Shown one piece after another: positions 37,319 through 48,651 of a stretch of DNA of 64,000 nucleotides (within the stretch, counting starts at the first letter, position 1; the number at the start of each line of letters is the position of its first letter). The DNA is taken from contig OZ316892.1 of assembly GCA_973895155.1 (NCBI GenBank), positions 27,117,233-27,181,232 of the forward strand. Direction: 5' to 3'. A program made the translations under genes and the position numbers. Source of the DNA: Marsupella aquatica (taxonomy: Eukaryota > Plantae > Marchantiophyta). The notes under the pieces are model-generated. The model did not search any database and was not told the origin of the DNA. It saw only the letters and a list, made by a program, of their open reading frames with translations.

Positions 37319-40300
37319 GCATATGACTTTTCACTTTGGAGAAGCATTTGCAACTGTAGTGTTAAATTCAATAGAGCCACTTGTATACCCTTATGTAGTT
37401 TACGGGCAAGATTGGGCTTGCACAATTTTTATCTTGTATTGAGATGGATCTCAACAAACCTCCTTCCGATGAACCTCTCATTTCTTTCTCGTTGGGAGAT
37501 ATTCATTTTGTAACTCGACCCAAGGTAGCTGCCAAGGAGGCAATAGTCCGTAGGTATGGAGAAAAGGTTTATGATGTTGTGCTTTCATTCACAGAACCAT
37601 TCCTTGTGGTGTCTGCTACCCTGTCTAGGATAGTAATCATGATTTTAACTTAAGTTCTCTCTTGACATTAACAACCATAGGCCCGGTGCTTCCTCAAGAA
37701 CCACATTTTCCCCCCGGCCAGCACCGTGTGTTTCTTAAAAAATGGGGGTGTGGGGGGGGGGAAGACTACGCGGGGCCAGAGAGGATCAGGTATCAGGGAG
37801 GAGGGGGGAGGCACACACCCAAATACACACTCAAGGTCCCCCCTTAGGCCCCCTTTAAACGGAAAAATTAACCCTTAATTAACCTAAAATGCTGATTACG
37901 CACCTTAAATGCCACGGTTTTAAACGAGAAAAGTGAACGCTGCTGACGGGAAACGTTGCCGAATTGCATCGGCATAGTCTGCAGCTCCAGCAGAGTAAAA
38001 AAATTCTGTCGTGTCGCCTTCACTCCGCGTCAAGTGCCAATCCCAAGCTCAAAACGACCGCCTCGCCATGATCAAACCGTTGAGCCGTGGCACTTCGCGT
38101 TTCTTGCACTGAGTCGGACGTCATGAAGAGAAACCTGGTTTAGATGAGAAGAATCTCCATAGCTTGGGAAAAAACCTGAACGCCTCCGGCACTCGTCACG
38201 TCTCACTTGGTAACAACTCGGCAACAATCCAGCTACCGAAATGACCAGCTCGCTTCAACCTTCAACTTGAGCTATAATGTGCAATCCCTCCCGCACCGCA
38301 CAGCTCACACCATTGAAAAATGCAAACTCTGGTCTCTCCCCCGAAAAGCCATCGAACACGAATAAAACCTGAATGATGCAAACTTCGATTCCTTCACACC
38401 ACGGATACCGATCAGCGAGTTCTAACCACCGTTAGAAAGCCCTCTCACTAACCTATCCGCTCAACCATCCATATTTTAGTTTCATGCAATAAAACTTCGA
38501 ATGTACCATCGACAATGAACGCTGGAAAAACCCGTCACGAAGAAACCTTGTCTCCTCCCAGGCATGCTCTGATACCACTTGTTGAGCATAGACGATATTC
38601 ACAACTGCAAGCCCATGAACCATCCAACGTACAAGAGTCGACACAGAGAGATACGTGGTTCACCTCCACATGAGGCTACGTCCACGGGAACACACAAGAA
38701 CTTTACTGTACTCTAGGCCGACCGGCCATACCAAGCATCCATAGCGCAAGCTCTCTCTATCTCTCAACTAGCTCCGTAACATTGAGCCTAAGTTCCACTA
38801 GGGTCTGGCATCAGCCCTGGCTTAATACACAACAGCACTACCGCTAACATTAGCTAAGTCCTAACCCGAGTTAGCCTAACTGTGGTTACCTCATGAGTCA
38901 CAAGACTAGAGCAATATCTAACAAAAACTACCCTACTCTTCGTCGCACATGACGTGTCATTTTGTGGAAGTAAAACCCCCAAGAGAGAATCATGCAAACT
39001 CTCAATACAAAGTATTTAATAGTGTCACTTAACATACTTAATTAATGTGATTTGGGCTAAAAAAATGGTCATGCATAAAGTGTGAGTCACTCTGATTTTG
39101 GCATCACACTAAGTATATACTCACACTATTTAAGGTGGACAATATAGTGTATCAGATGAGTCAACAGGTAATTTCCTAACCTATCTAGCATGCAAGTGGC
39201 AGGTTAACTCATGTGCCTGAGTATAATTGTGCACTTAACCTTCTAGAAGGGATTCCATTCAAGTGAATTTGCAGTAATGTGCCCCCTCTTGCCATATATA
39301 TAACTAAGATAAGGACATAGCATACACCGATTTAGGGGGGAGAATTAGAGTAACTGTCAAGGACCAAGGCTCATCAAGAGGACTCTTTCAGCTGCCAGCA
39401 CTTCTTTCTCCCTTAGTCATCTTGTATGCCTATTCCCAGGAGGAGGAGGAGTGGTTGCAGGCCAGAATGACTACCTGTTTTTTTACAATCAAGTCTAGTT
39501 ATATGTTGATTGAAGAAAATGAAGTGGCCCGTGCAGTTGTAGTAGTGGGATCTGAAAATACAATTATGTATCATGTAGTTGGGAATATTATATGGTTGTA
39601 ATATTTCCACAGATATATTGGAAGTCATAACCAAGCAATAGAAAACCTAGAGGAGACTTTTCTTCGCATTCTTTGACAAAGAAGTCACATACTTTTTAAA
39701 TTTTTTGCAGATAGAAAGAGAGGAAACAGCTGAAAAGGAGTGGCCCGGATGCTGCCAACACCCATGGAACCCAGCCATCAACCACCACTAAGGGGAAAGC
39801 AAAACAACACCCAGATATGAAGTCTACGCTTTTCTTTATTGACTTGATTATCGGTACAATGGGAAATTATGAGATTTTTTGGATTGCATTTGTTATCTTC
39901 CTTATTCCATTGAGTCCTAGGTCACCAAATTCCAAAACACTGTTTAAATCTAATGATTTGCATCATACATGCCTGAACACCTTCCATTGTCATAAGTGAG
40001 TATTTAGATTTCATCAATTTACTTGACAAGTTAAGTTTCCCAGAAGCTGCTTCAGTATTACTCTATTCACCCCTTAAAATTTCAAGCCTATCCTAGCCAC
40101 TTAAATGCCATAACAGGCCAGATTTCACTTTACATGAACTTGAGTACACAATCTTGCAAAACCATTTCCCTATCCTAGTCATTTCCTCGAGAGCCCCTCG
40201 TGGGTCCGTCTTTGCTGATGTGTCCATACTTTTATATTAAAAACTTAGGGGCACTTTACAAGAAAGAGCCCACAGAGTGAGTGACTTCTCCCATACCAGG

Positions 40301-40916
40301 TCTAGCTGGCCATGTTCAACCTAAAATATAGGGCTTAGATGAAAGGAGGAGCATGTGTGGGGAGTGCAATTCCAAGAGATCGGGGGGACAAAAGTTTACG
40401 CCACCTCTTGGGTCTATACTTTGGGCACAAAAATAGTGTACACGTCATGACTCAATTCTACTGATTGGGAGACCCACCAATAGCCATGTAGGCTGTTGAA
40501 AACCAGAGATGAAAGGGCCACTTAAAGTCTTCTACAGTCAAGAAGACCTCTAAACTAAAGGCTAGAAAGAAAAAAAGTGTCCTTTCCTATCATTCTTGTA
40601 AAGTCCCTTTTAGTAAAAAATGTACCTGGGTACATTTATAGGATATTGCATTTATTTTCTCCATAGCTTACACAGTTTGGGTAATCTAGACACTGAATTG
40701 TGTCCCCAGCTCTTGTGAAGCACCCAAACTCCCATCGCCACCCTATTATTTCACTACAGTAGCTCTTGTGAAGACCCCCCCCCCAACCCTGTTTGACTCT
40801 GTGGTCCCACCCTAAAATTCTGCTCCTAGATCCTAAGACAAGCTAACAAGAGGACAAAGGTCTAGGGTGCTGCCTGCCGACCCTACGAGGCTCGGTAGGA
40901 TTACGTGGCCACCTAA

Positions 40917-41080
40917 TTACGGACCCCACTAGAGGTCCCTTCCAAAATTCCTGGCTCCACAGCACGCCACATCATCATGACGCGCTGCAAACAGGTACTA
41001 ATTGGTTTACAAAATAAAATGACTTCAACATTCGTGTTTGCGGCAGGATTTTGGTAAAATTGAGGACGCCATGTTGTAAA
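40917..41080 (+). repeat. Interspersed repeat, second copy at 59053-59218
   Basis: TTACGGACCCCA.TAGAGGTCCCTTCCAAAATTCCTGGC.CCACAGC..GCCACATCA...GGACGCCATG..GTAAA in both. Confidence 0.75.
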
Positions 41081-41894
41081 TCTTCATGTAAAAAGTAATA
41101 AGAAATAACTATTTTATGTACCCTAAGTAGGCCTGCAACTCAGTTTTATTTACCGCGAGTAACCAACTGCCCACCCTTTTTTGTGAATTGTGGTTCAATT
41201 CTATAATCTACATCTATAATATGCAATGCCGCCAAAAAGTACTTTCGTCTGCTTACAAAATTGAAAATGGAGGGAATCAAGCTAAGCCGTCAGATTATTT
41301 TTAAGTTTTTTGTGTACTCTTGGATTGATTCACCAGGAGGGTCATATACTTCTCTTTATAATATAATACATAGTACATGAAGTATTTTTTATGTACATTC
41401 TTATGTGACATCATCTAAAATATTTCTTTCTCTTTATTAATAAGTTACACACATCCCGACCATAAACTTTTGGGGCATGTCAAATTTTTTGGATTTTGCA
41501 TAGAGTATGATTATGAAGGTATATCTGCAAAAAATAATTGTCAATGAGGGACAATTGGGGTCCTAGTGTATCTATCACTGTCCCAGGGTATATGAATACC
41601 CTGGATACTTAAAGCCACAAGGAAGGGAAAGGGTTGGTTTTCAAAGACAAAAGGGAAAAGCCACAAGGAGGGAGAGGGGAGGTTGGTTTCTAAAGATAAA
41701 GGGACAAAAAGAAGTAAAACAAAGTTCAGTACATGGTAAAAACTGCAAAGCAAGAAAATGATAGAGGGGATGATATTTTTGCAGCCAAGAGCTTTCCTAC
41801 GATGGAAAACTTATAGTTTTTTGCATAAAAATACTTATTTATCAGAATCTTGAAAAATTGAACATTAAAACAAAAAGTGTTTCCCTCCTCCACA

Positions 41895-42662
41895 TTGTTG
41901 TCTTGCCTCGACATTTCTGTCTTGCTTCCGCCTTGACATTTTCACTCGTTTTGACATTCTTGCCTTGCCTTGACATCTTTCCTTTGCCTCTCCATCCTTG
42001 CCTCGCCTCAAATTCTTGGGCATTGGGCTATCACACAATAATGGATCCCATCCATTTATGGGCATCATCTGCTTACAGTCACAAGAATGGGCCAGATTCA
42101 ACCTCAACCATTGGATGGAAAAGAAGTTTTTTGTTGGCCCTTGATCTGCAAAACTCTATTAATAGCTCTGGATACTACCTCTAACTCCCTTTCAGTATGT
42201 TGGATTTCTCCCACTTTGCCTTTTGTGTCTGTCTTTTCGCTTTTATTTCCTTTAATTTATTTCTGAACATTGCCTTAATTTCTCTGGAATTATTTGTCTT
42301 TTGCCTTGCTTTGAGCTCGCTTGACATCTTTGCCTCTCCTCAACATCTTGCCCTTGCCTCAACATCTTCGCATCTCCGCAGCATCTTACCCTCTCCTCAA
42401 CATCTTGCCCTTGCCTCAGCATCTCCTCGACATCTTGCCCTCACCTTGACATCTCCGCATCTCCTTCACATCTTACCCTCTCCTCAAAATCTTTGTCTCT
42501 CCTCGACATTTTGCCCTTGCCTCAACATCTTGCCCTCACTTCAGAATCTTGCTCTCACCTCGACATCCAGCCCTCACTCAGAATCTTGCCCTTAACTCGA
42601 TGTCTTGCCCTTACCTCGATGTCTTGCCCTCACCTTGAAATCTTGCCCTCACCTTGACATCA
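41895..42662. repeat. Degenerate minisatellite, units of about 15-21 bp (CATCTTGCCCT core)
   Basis: Dense array 42325-42662, looser copies 41895-42010. Confidence 0.85.
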
Positions 42663-42992
42663 TTCAACATCTTTCGTGCAACGCACGGGCATGGGGCTAG
42701 TCAATTCTATAATTAAATGAAGCAACAGAGCATGGCAGTTAAGAATCCACAGCGGCAGAAGGTAACCTCGTGTTTCCTCTTTTCCTTGTGTCGTGCTCGA
42801 GGACAGAAGAAATGGCGATGAGGTAATGGAATACTCGTTGAACCTTCCGAACGAGTGCAGAGAGTGCAAAGCAAGATTGACTCTCTCTTTTTCTCTTTCT
42901 TTAGCGGAAGGTCAAGTTCATCCGTGCACGAGAGGCAGTCAGAAGTGCAATTCTCAGTCATGGCTAACAAACGATAGTCTCTCTTGAGGAAA

Positions 42993-44379
42993 TGTGGTAT
43001 GGGTGTCCCTGCAATTTTTTCTGGAAACTTGTTTATTTTTAGCATATCACAAGATTTACTTACACTTTAGACACCTTCCGGCCAACATTTACTTGTTCTG
43101 GACACTTATAGAAATATTTGACATCTCCGGCTTTCCTGACGATTCCTAGTGTACTTTGCCCGACGCTGTGACCAGCGCCCGTTTCTTTTACTCAAGACGC
43201 TGCGGAAGCGTCCAACCTCCTCATGACGCTTTTGGCAGTGCCCGACCGCCACCAAGACTCTATGAGGATTTCGACCGACGCTGTGGAAAGCGTCAGCTTC
43301 AACACACGACGCTGTGAGCAGCGTCCACCCTAGTATTGACGCTGTGAGCAGTGTGAGCAGCGTCCGTTGGTTTTACTTAAGACGCTTCTAGCAGCGTCCA
43401 GATTCTCCCGACGCTTCTAGCAGCGTCCGCTCAACACTTAGTTTTTGAAGTAGATTACTAGTAAAGTAGTATTCTACCACCCTTGTTGAAGTACTTATGC
43501 TGTGCTTCTCCCTTGTTTAGTTTTAAGCTTGGAAAGGCACGACTGTTCTTACCTCCTCCATTTTAGGATTCCAGCACTTATAAGACAGAGTAGAATGCTC
43601 ATTTGAAGTAGAGAGAAATAGAGTTAATACTGTATTCAGAATTGAGTCTTCTGAATAGTTTTCTCCTCCTTCCATTGTAACAAGGCATGCTGTGAGTGTT
43701 TTGTATGGAAGTAAAGCTATATTGATTGAAGTTAAGATTGAATTCAAGAGATTCCTGTGGTGATTGAATTCAGTTGCAGATTTCTGAAACTCGTATTGAA
43801 TTCACTGCTAGGCTTGCTTGCAGAGTCGGGATTCGCTAGCCAATTCAAGAATAGTTAATGATAAATGAGAAGTAAATTCTGATTCTCAGAGTAGTTAGTA
43901 CTGTTGCTTTGATTCTGGAATATGGTTTAGAGTTTGACTGAATTGCGTATCGCTGATGTCAAACCATGTTGACGGCATTTTAAATCATATCATTCATTTG
44001 CAATCAGAAAGCTTCTGCTTCATCAGATTGAGAATTCCATTATCATTAACCTTTGTGTTTTGAAGAGTGAGATGGATGAATTATGAGATAGATTTCATGT
44101 CTATACTGAGCCCAAATCCTTTCTGAAGGAGTGGCAGTAGCTTGTAGTCTCTAAATCCTTACTCATTTCTTCTCTAATTCATAAATCAGAAGTTCAGTTA
44201 CTTTGTTGTTTGTTTATTCGATTTTTTTATTGAGAAGTGAAGTCAACATAGAGCTCAAGACTCTAAATCACTCGGAGTGATAAAAGTTATACAATTCATT
44301 CTGAAATCTGTTCTTAAAGGGATCGAAACCCTGGTTTTAGGTGAGGAGAGTCACTTTTGATACTTAGCACTATACGACA
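42993..44379 (+). repeat. 5' LTR
   Basis: TGTGGTATGG...TATACGACA; no difference seen from 55148-56534. Confidence 0.98.
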
Positions 44380-44385
44380 TCTTTT

Positions 44386-44403
44386 TGGCGCCGCTGCCGG
44401 GGA
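44386..44403 (+). other. Primer-binding site (Athila-type, usually assigned to tRNA-Asp)
   Basis: TGGCGCCGCTGCCGGGGA just after the 5' LTR; identical at 7473. Confidence 0.88.
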
Positions 44404-45597
44404 ACGAATTTAAGATTGAATTGACGTACAGGCAGTGTATGCCAGAAGGAGCTAGACGGGAGAGGAATTCACGTTCTACTATAATTGTGAAGATGCGTCA
44501 TCACTCCAGTTAAAAAGATGAAGAGCTTCCATTTCGAGGTGATGCCGTACTCTATCCAAAGCGCCCCGGAAGCTCTCTTAAGAGTATTGGAAAAATTTGT
44601 GGTGCCAAACTTAAGAGAAGAAACCGCCCTCCCACCAGAAAAGGCCTCACAGAGAGGAGCTGTTGCTCGTCAAGTTGCTTTGGAGATAGTCGAAGACACC
44701 AAAGACACTTTGAGTGACAAGTGAAGTTATTCTAACGTTGCTCGGGACGTATGATTTGTAAAATTGTCCAACCATCCTGGTTCGTGTGACCGATGCCACC
44801 TATCCGATCTTTGGGAACATTAAGAATTAGGAATTTGAGGAATCGTTATGTTAATTCTTGGGTTCTGAGCCTGAGAGGGAGGAATGGCATACATTGGTTA
44901 ACTATCACCTGGTGGGAAGATGAAAGTTTGCATTTAGTAATATTAAGGCTGAATGGTAGGATCACACAGGAGTGATATTTAGTCATTTCCATTCGGGAGT
45001 TAGCGGAAAGAATCATGCACCAGGAATTGCGTAGAAGATTAGGAAGGAGTTAGACGTCTGATTAGTAGGATGGCCTAGTGTAGCGTACCATGTGGTAAAG
45101 AAATTTCAGGGTGAAGGAAGTCGGAGATTATGGGGAACGCCCGGTTCCAGTAATCGCCACCGTAAAGGAGATAAGGAAGGACGCCGCGAAGAGCGTCCAA
45201 TGCGATTCGTCCCAGAAGATTCCGCAAGTCAGGACGCTTCGAGTAGCGTCCGATCCCAGTGGACGCTGTGAGCAGCGTCCGGTGGAATCTGTGACGAACC
45301 AACGTGCGCGACGCTTCTGGTGTGCCTTTCCGCGTCTCAACCTGAAGGACGCACCAGAGAAAACGAGGTTTTAGAATCTCGGCTGGTCACTGAAGGGAAG
45401 TATTAGCTACGGGATAGCAAGGGGGAGGAATCATGCAAGGGATGTTGAACGACGCTACGGGAAGTCACTTTGAGGAAGCAGGTTCATATCTCCCGGAGTG
45501 GGGTGATAACGTCGCACCTAAATGGTGACTCCTTGCATAAAGACTCCTGAGGAGCGGGTCTGGTGTCTCAAAATCACCCGTGCTTGGAGAATGAGGG

Positions 45598-48500
45598 ATG
45601 TCTGAGGGAGATCCACCGAATAAAAGAAAACCTACCAAGACCTCCAGTAATTCGGATGCTGCAAAATTAGTAGTGACCCCTCGCACATTGTTACCCGAAT
45701 TCCAGTCACCAGGAGCACCTGCACCGGGTAGTGTGTGGAAACAAGTGGGATCTATTCAAGAGGCAAGTGGCTCTTTGGAAAGGCCCACGTCGACCCGACC
45801 CCTGTTTGTAAATCTTCGTTCAGGTCCAAAACTTATTGGTTCTCAAAAGACCAAGCTCCGCCAGCAGACAGTACGTTCGGTGAACCAAATTGACTCTGGT
45901 GTGGATAGTACCACTGAGAGGGCCTTATCTCATACCGAAGGAAGAAATTTGGGTTTGCCCGAGAATACAGTTGCAGAATCGCTGGCCCAAGATAATTCTG
46001 TCGATCTTTCACAATTGGATAATCCAGAACCACTGAGTGAAGCCGGTGGTTCGTCTTCTAGTGAGACAAGCAGCAGTTCAGGCTTGGGCAGCCCAAACCC
46101 ATTTGCTACCCGATCAGCTCTTCCTTTCGTTACCCTCCTAGCTCCAACCACGATGGCTCGAAATAATGTGAGGTACGACCGGTTCTTCGGTACTTCCAAG
46201 GAGGATGCAGAGGTGTATTTGAAAGAATTTGAAGCTGCAGCTGCATCCAATGGACAGAGTCAAGACGCTGAAAAAGCCAATCTGTTTGGTGGTCTAATGA
46301 AAAAGGGTGCTCAGAAATGGTATGACCGTTTTCCGGACAAGCAGGATTGGGGGAAATTGAAGGCTGCTTTCTTGGCCAAATATAAAGAAGAAGGAGCAGC
46401 TGCGCGTGCCTTTGCCCGAATCTCACATCTGCACATGAAGAAACATGGGTCTGTGAGGAAATATGCCGACAAATTATTGGATTTGGTAGATCAATATAAT
46501 CCAGCTACCTCGAAATCTACTATCAAGGACTAGTTTATTAACGGTTTACCCTCCAGGATTGCTCGTTACGTGAGACGAGAAGGTGGCACCACTTTGGAAG
46601 AAGTACAAGAGGCAGCCCAGAAGTACGTAGACTCGGAGATTTCAGAGAGAAAACGAGTTAAGAAGGACCTGAAGAAAGACAAAAGAAAGAAGAAGAAAAC
46701 GTCCAGGTCTAAATCTGACTCGGAGACGGAATCAAGTGGAAGTAGCACTAGTGAGGAGGACGAGAGTACAAATTCGAGCACTAGTGATAGTTCAAGCTCA
46801 AGTTCCGACTCAGAATCCGTTGCTCCTAAAAAGAAGAAATCCTCTGTAAAAGGGAATAATAAAGTTCCCAACCAGAAGAAGATGGATCGCATGATGGAAG
46901 AACTCTCTGGCCAATTGTCCAAGTTGAATGTCAATATCGCCGCGGTAAAACCAGTACGAAGGTTGCCTGCTCCCATGAGAATGAACGTATGGTGCACCCG
47001 ATGCAGTCAGCAGGGCCATTACCCGAACGAGTGCCCCACATTACGAACCCCGGTGAATTATGTAGATGGTCAAGAAGAGGCTGAGGAGTATGAGTACGAT
47101 CCCACGTATACCGTCCAAACAGCACCCCCTGGACAGTATTTCCCACCACCTCCTGCTTCCAGACCGACTTGGGGACCACCTAAGCCCACTTTCAATAAAC
47201 CAACGTCAAGACCACCCATGGGACCCCCGGGAGGATACCCACCACGAGGAATGCCGCGTCAAAAAGGGGCTTGTTGGAATTGTGGCCAACCTGATCATTA
47301 TTCACCCCAGTGCCCTTATCCCAAACAGGAGGTGGGGTATACACCTGTCTGTGGGAACTGTGGAAAAGAAGGACACTTACCGGTGGAATGCCCGAATCCG
47401 GCTAAGCCTAGGCTGATGGTTCGATTTGCTCAAGAGCCAGTTAAAGAAGCAAGTCGACCTGAAGCCAAGATTCGGATGGTTTATTCTGAAGAGATGGAGC
47501 AATGCAGCTTCATTCAACATATGGATGTAAATCGGGTGGAATTAAAGCCAGATTCACTTTTTCATCAACCAGTATCCGGGGTGGTGCCTGATGTCTTGGT
47601 AAGTCATTTAGTGAAACCTGAAGTAGTTGGTATGCCGAATGATCGAGTTCAGAATCGGGATAAAGTTCTGACTAATATTTACGCAACTACTCGTTCGAAG
47701 AAAAAGGAGACCAAGAAGCACGAGCATCAGAAGGTCGCGAAAGCTCCCAAGGATGAAGGGCGCAAGCCATGTAAGGAAGGCCTCGACAAAGAAGACGACC
47801 CTGCTTATGACCGATATGACCCAAAATACTTCTTGCCCGACATCTCTTTGGAAGTGAAAGACCATCTGGAAGAGCTAGTTAAGGAGCAAGTGCAATCTCC
47901 TAACCCACCAGTAGTAGTCAAAGCTAAAGAGCCACTGAAAAATCCAGGTTATGATATTGTTGAAGATGTCAAGAATCATCCTGCACATATCACCATTGGG
48001 GAATTATTACAGGACAATCCGGTTTATAGGCGACAGCTGAGGAGCCTCCTTGCAGGAAAACGGAGGAAGAAGAAGTTACCTTCGGTGGATGTGCTACGAA
48101 CAGAGTGGGAGGACAAAGGACCGATGGAAATTGAGGTTCAAATCCAGGGGTGTGTCATTCGGAGAGTTCCTGTGGATGGAGGAGCCAGCGTTAATCTGAT
48201 TACACAGTCAGCAGCATTTAATTTGGGTTTCACTAAGTTTGAGCCCACTCCCAAGATTTTGCGCATGGCGGATCAGTCTCGTGTGGTACCCATAGGGAAG
48301 CTGACCAGAGTAGAAACTTTGATTGCTGGTGTCCCTTTTCTGTTGGATTATGTGGTTATTAATCCGGAAATACCATCCAGCTTTCCTGTTTTGTTAGGCC
48401 GACCATGGTTGTATAAGGCTCAAGTTCAGGTTAATTGGCAATCTCAAGAGCTTTCATTTGGGAAGCCTAAGGTGACTGTTAGTTGGGTTCCGGAACCACA

Positions 48501-48651
48501 TTTTGGAGAAACACAAACAGATGATGGGTACACCTCGGATTTTTCGACCTCTTCGCTAGTCCTGCAGCCATTGGAATTTGAACTGGAGGAAGTTCGTTAC
48601 TTGGAAGTTTATCTGTCTGATGCTCCCATAAAACCAACTAGGCCCTCCTGA
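45598..48651 (+). CDS. gag: Gag-protease (capsid, three CCHC knuckles, aspartic protease), with premature TAG at 46531
   Basis: Single frame; CTRCSQQGHYPNEC, CWNCGQPDHYSPQC, CGNCGKEGHLPVEC; VPVDGGASVNLI...VLLGRPWL; the TAG is TGG in the 6174-9790 copy. Confidence 0.92.

Larger units (their letters stand above)
25836..38923 (-). mobile_element. Rearranged Ty1/Copia retrotransposon (Copia-2) with gag-INT replaced by about 9 kb of foreign DNA
   Basis: 344-bp LTRs 25836-26179 and 38580-38923; TSD AAAAT/AAAAC; PBS GCTCTGATACCA 38566-38577; PPT 26180-26190; leader about 37960-38579 homologous to the Copia-1 leader. Confidence 0.93.
25595..38983. mobile_element. Second copy of the 282-bp MITE family, split by Copia-2 (parts 25595-25835 and 38924-38983)
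   Basis: 25595-25835 aligns with 25055-25280; the remainder (CTTCGTCGCAC...AAACCCCCAAG) resumes right after the Copia-2 LTR. Confidence 0.82.

Noticed and set aside
42197-42595. 132-aa ORF
   Set aside because: Product of the CATCTTGCCCT minisatellite
44518-44724. 68-aa leader ORF shared by both Gypsy copies
   Set aside because: The copies are too similar for conservation to be informative and no domain is recognisable
46531-46536. Programmed readthrough at the gag TAG
   Set aside because: Context TAG-TTT is not leaky and the sibling copy has TGG, so it is a nonsense mutation
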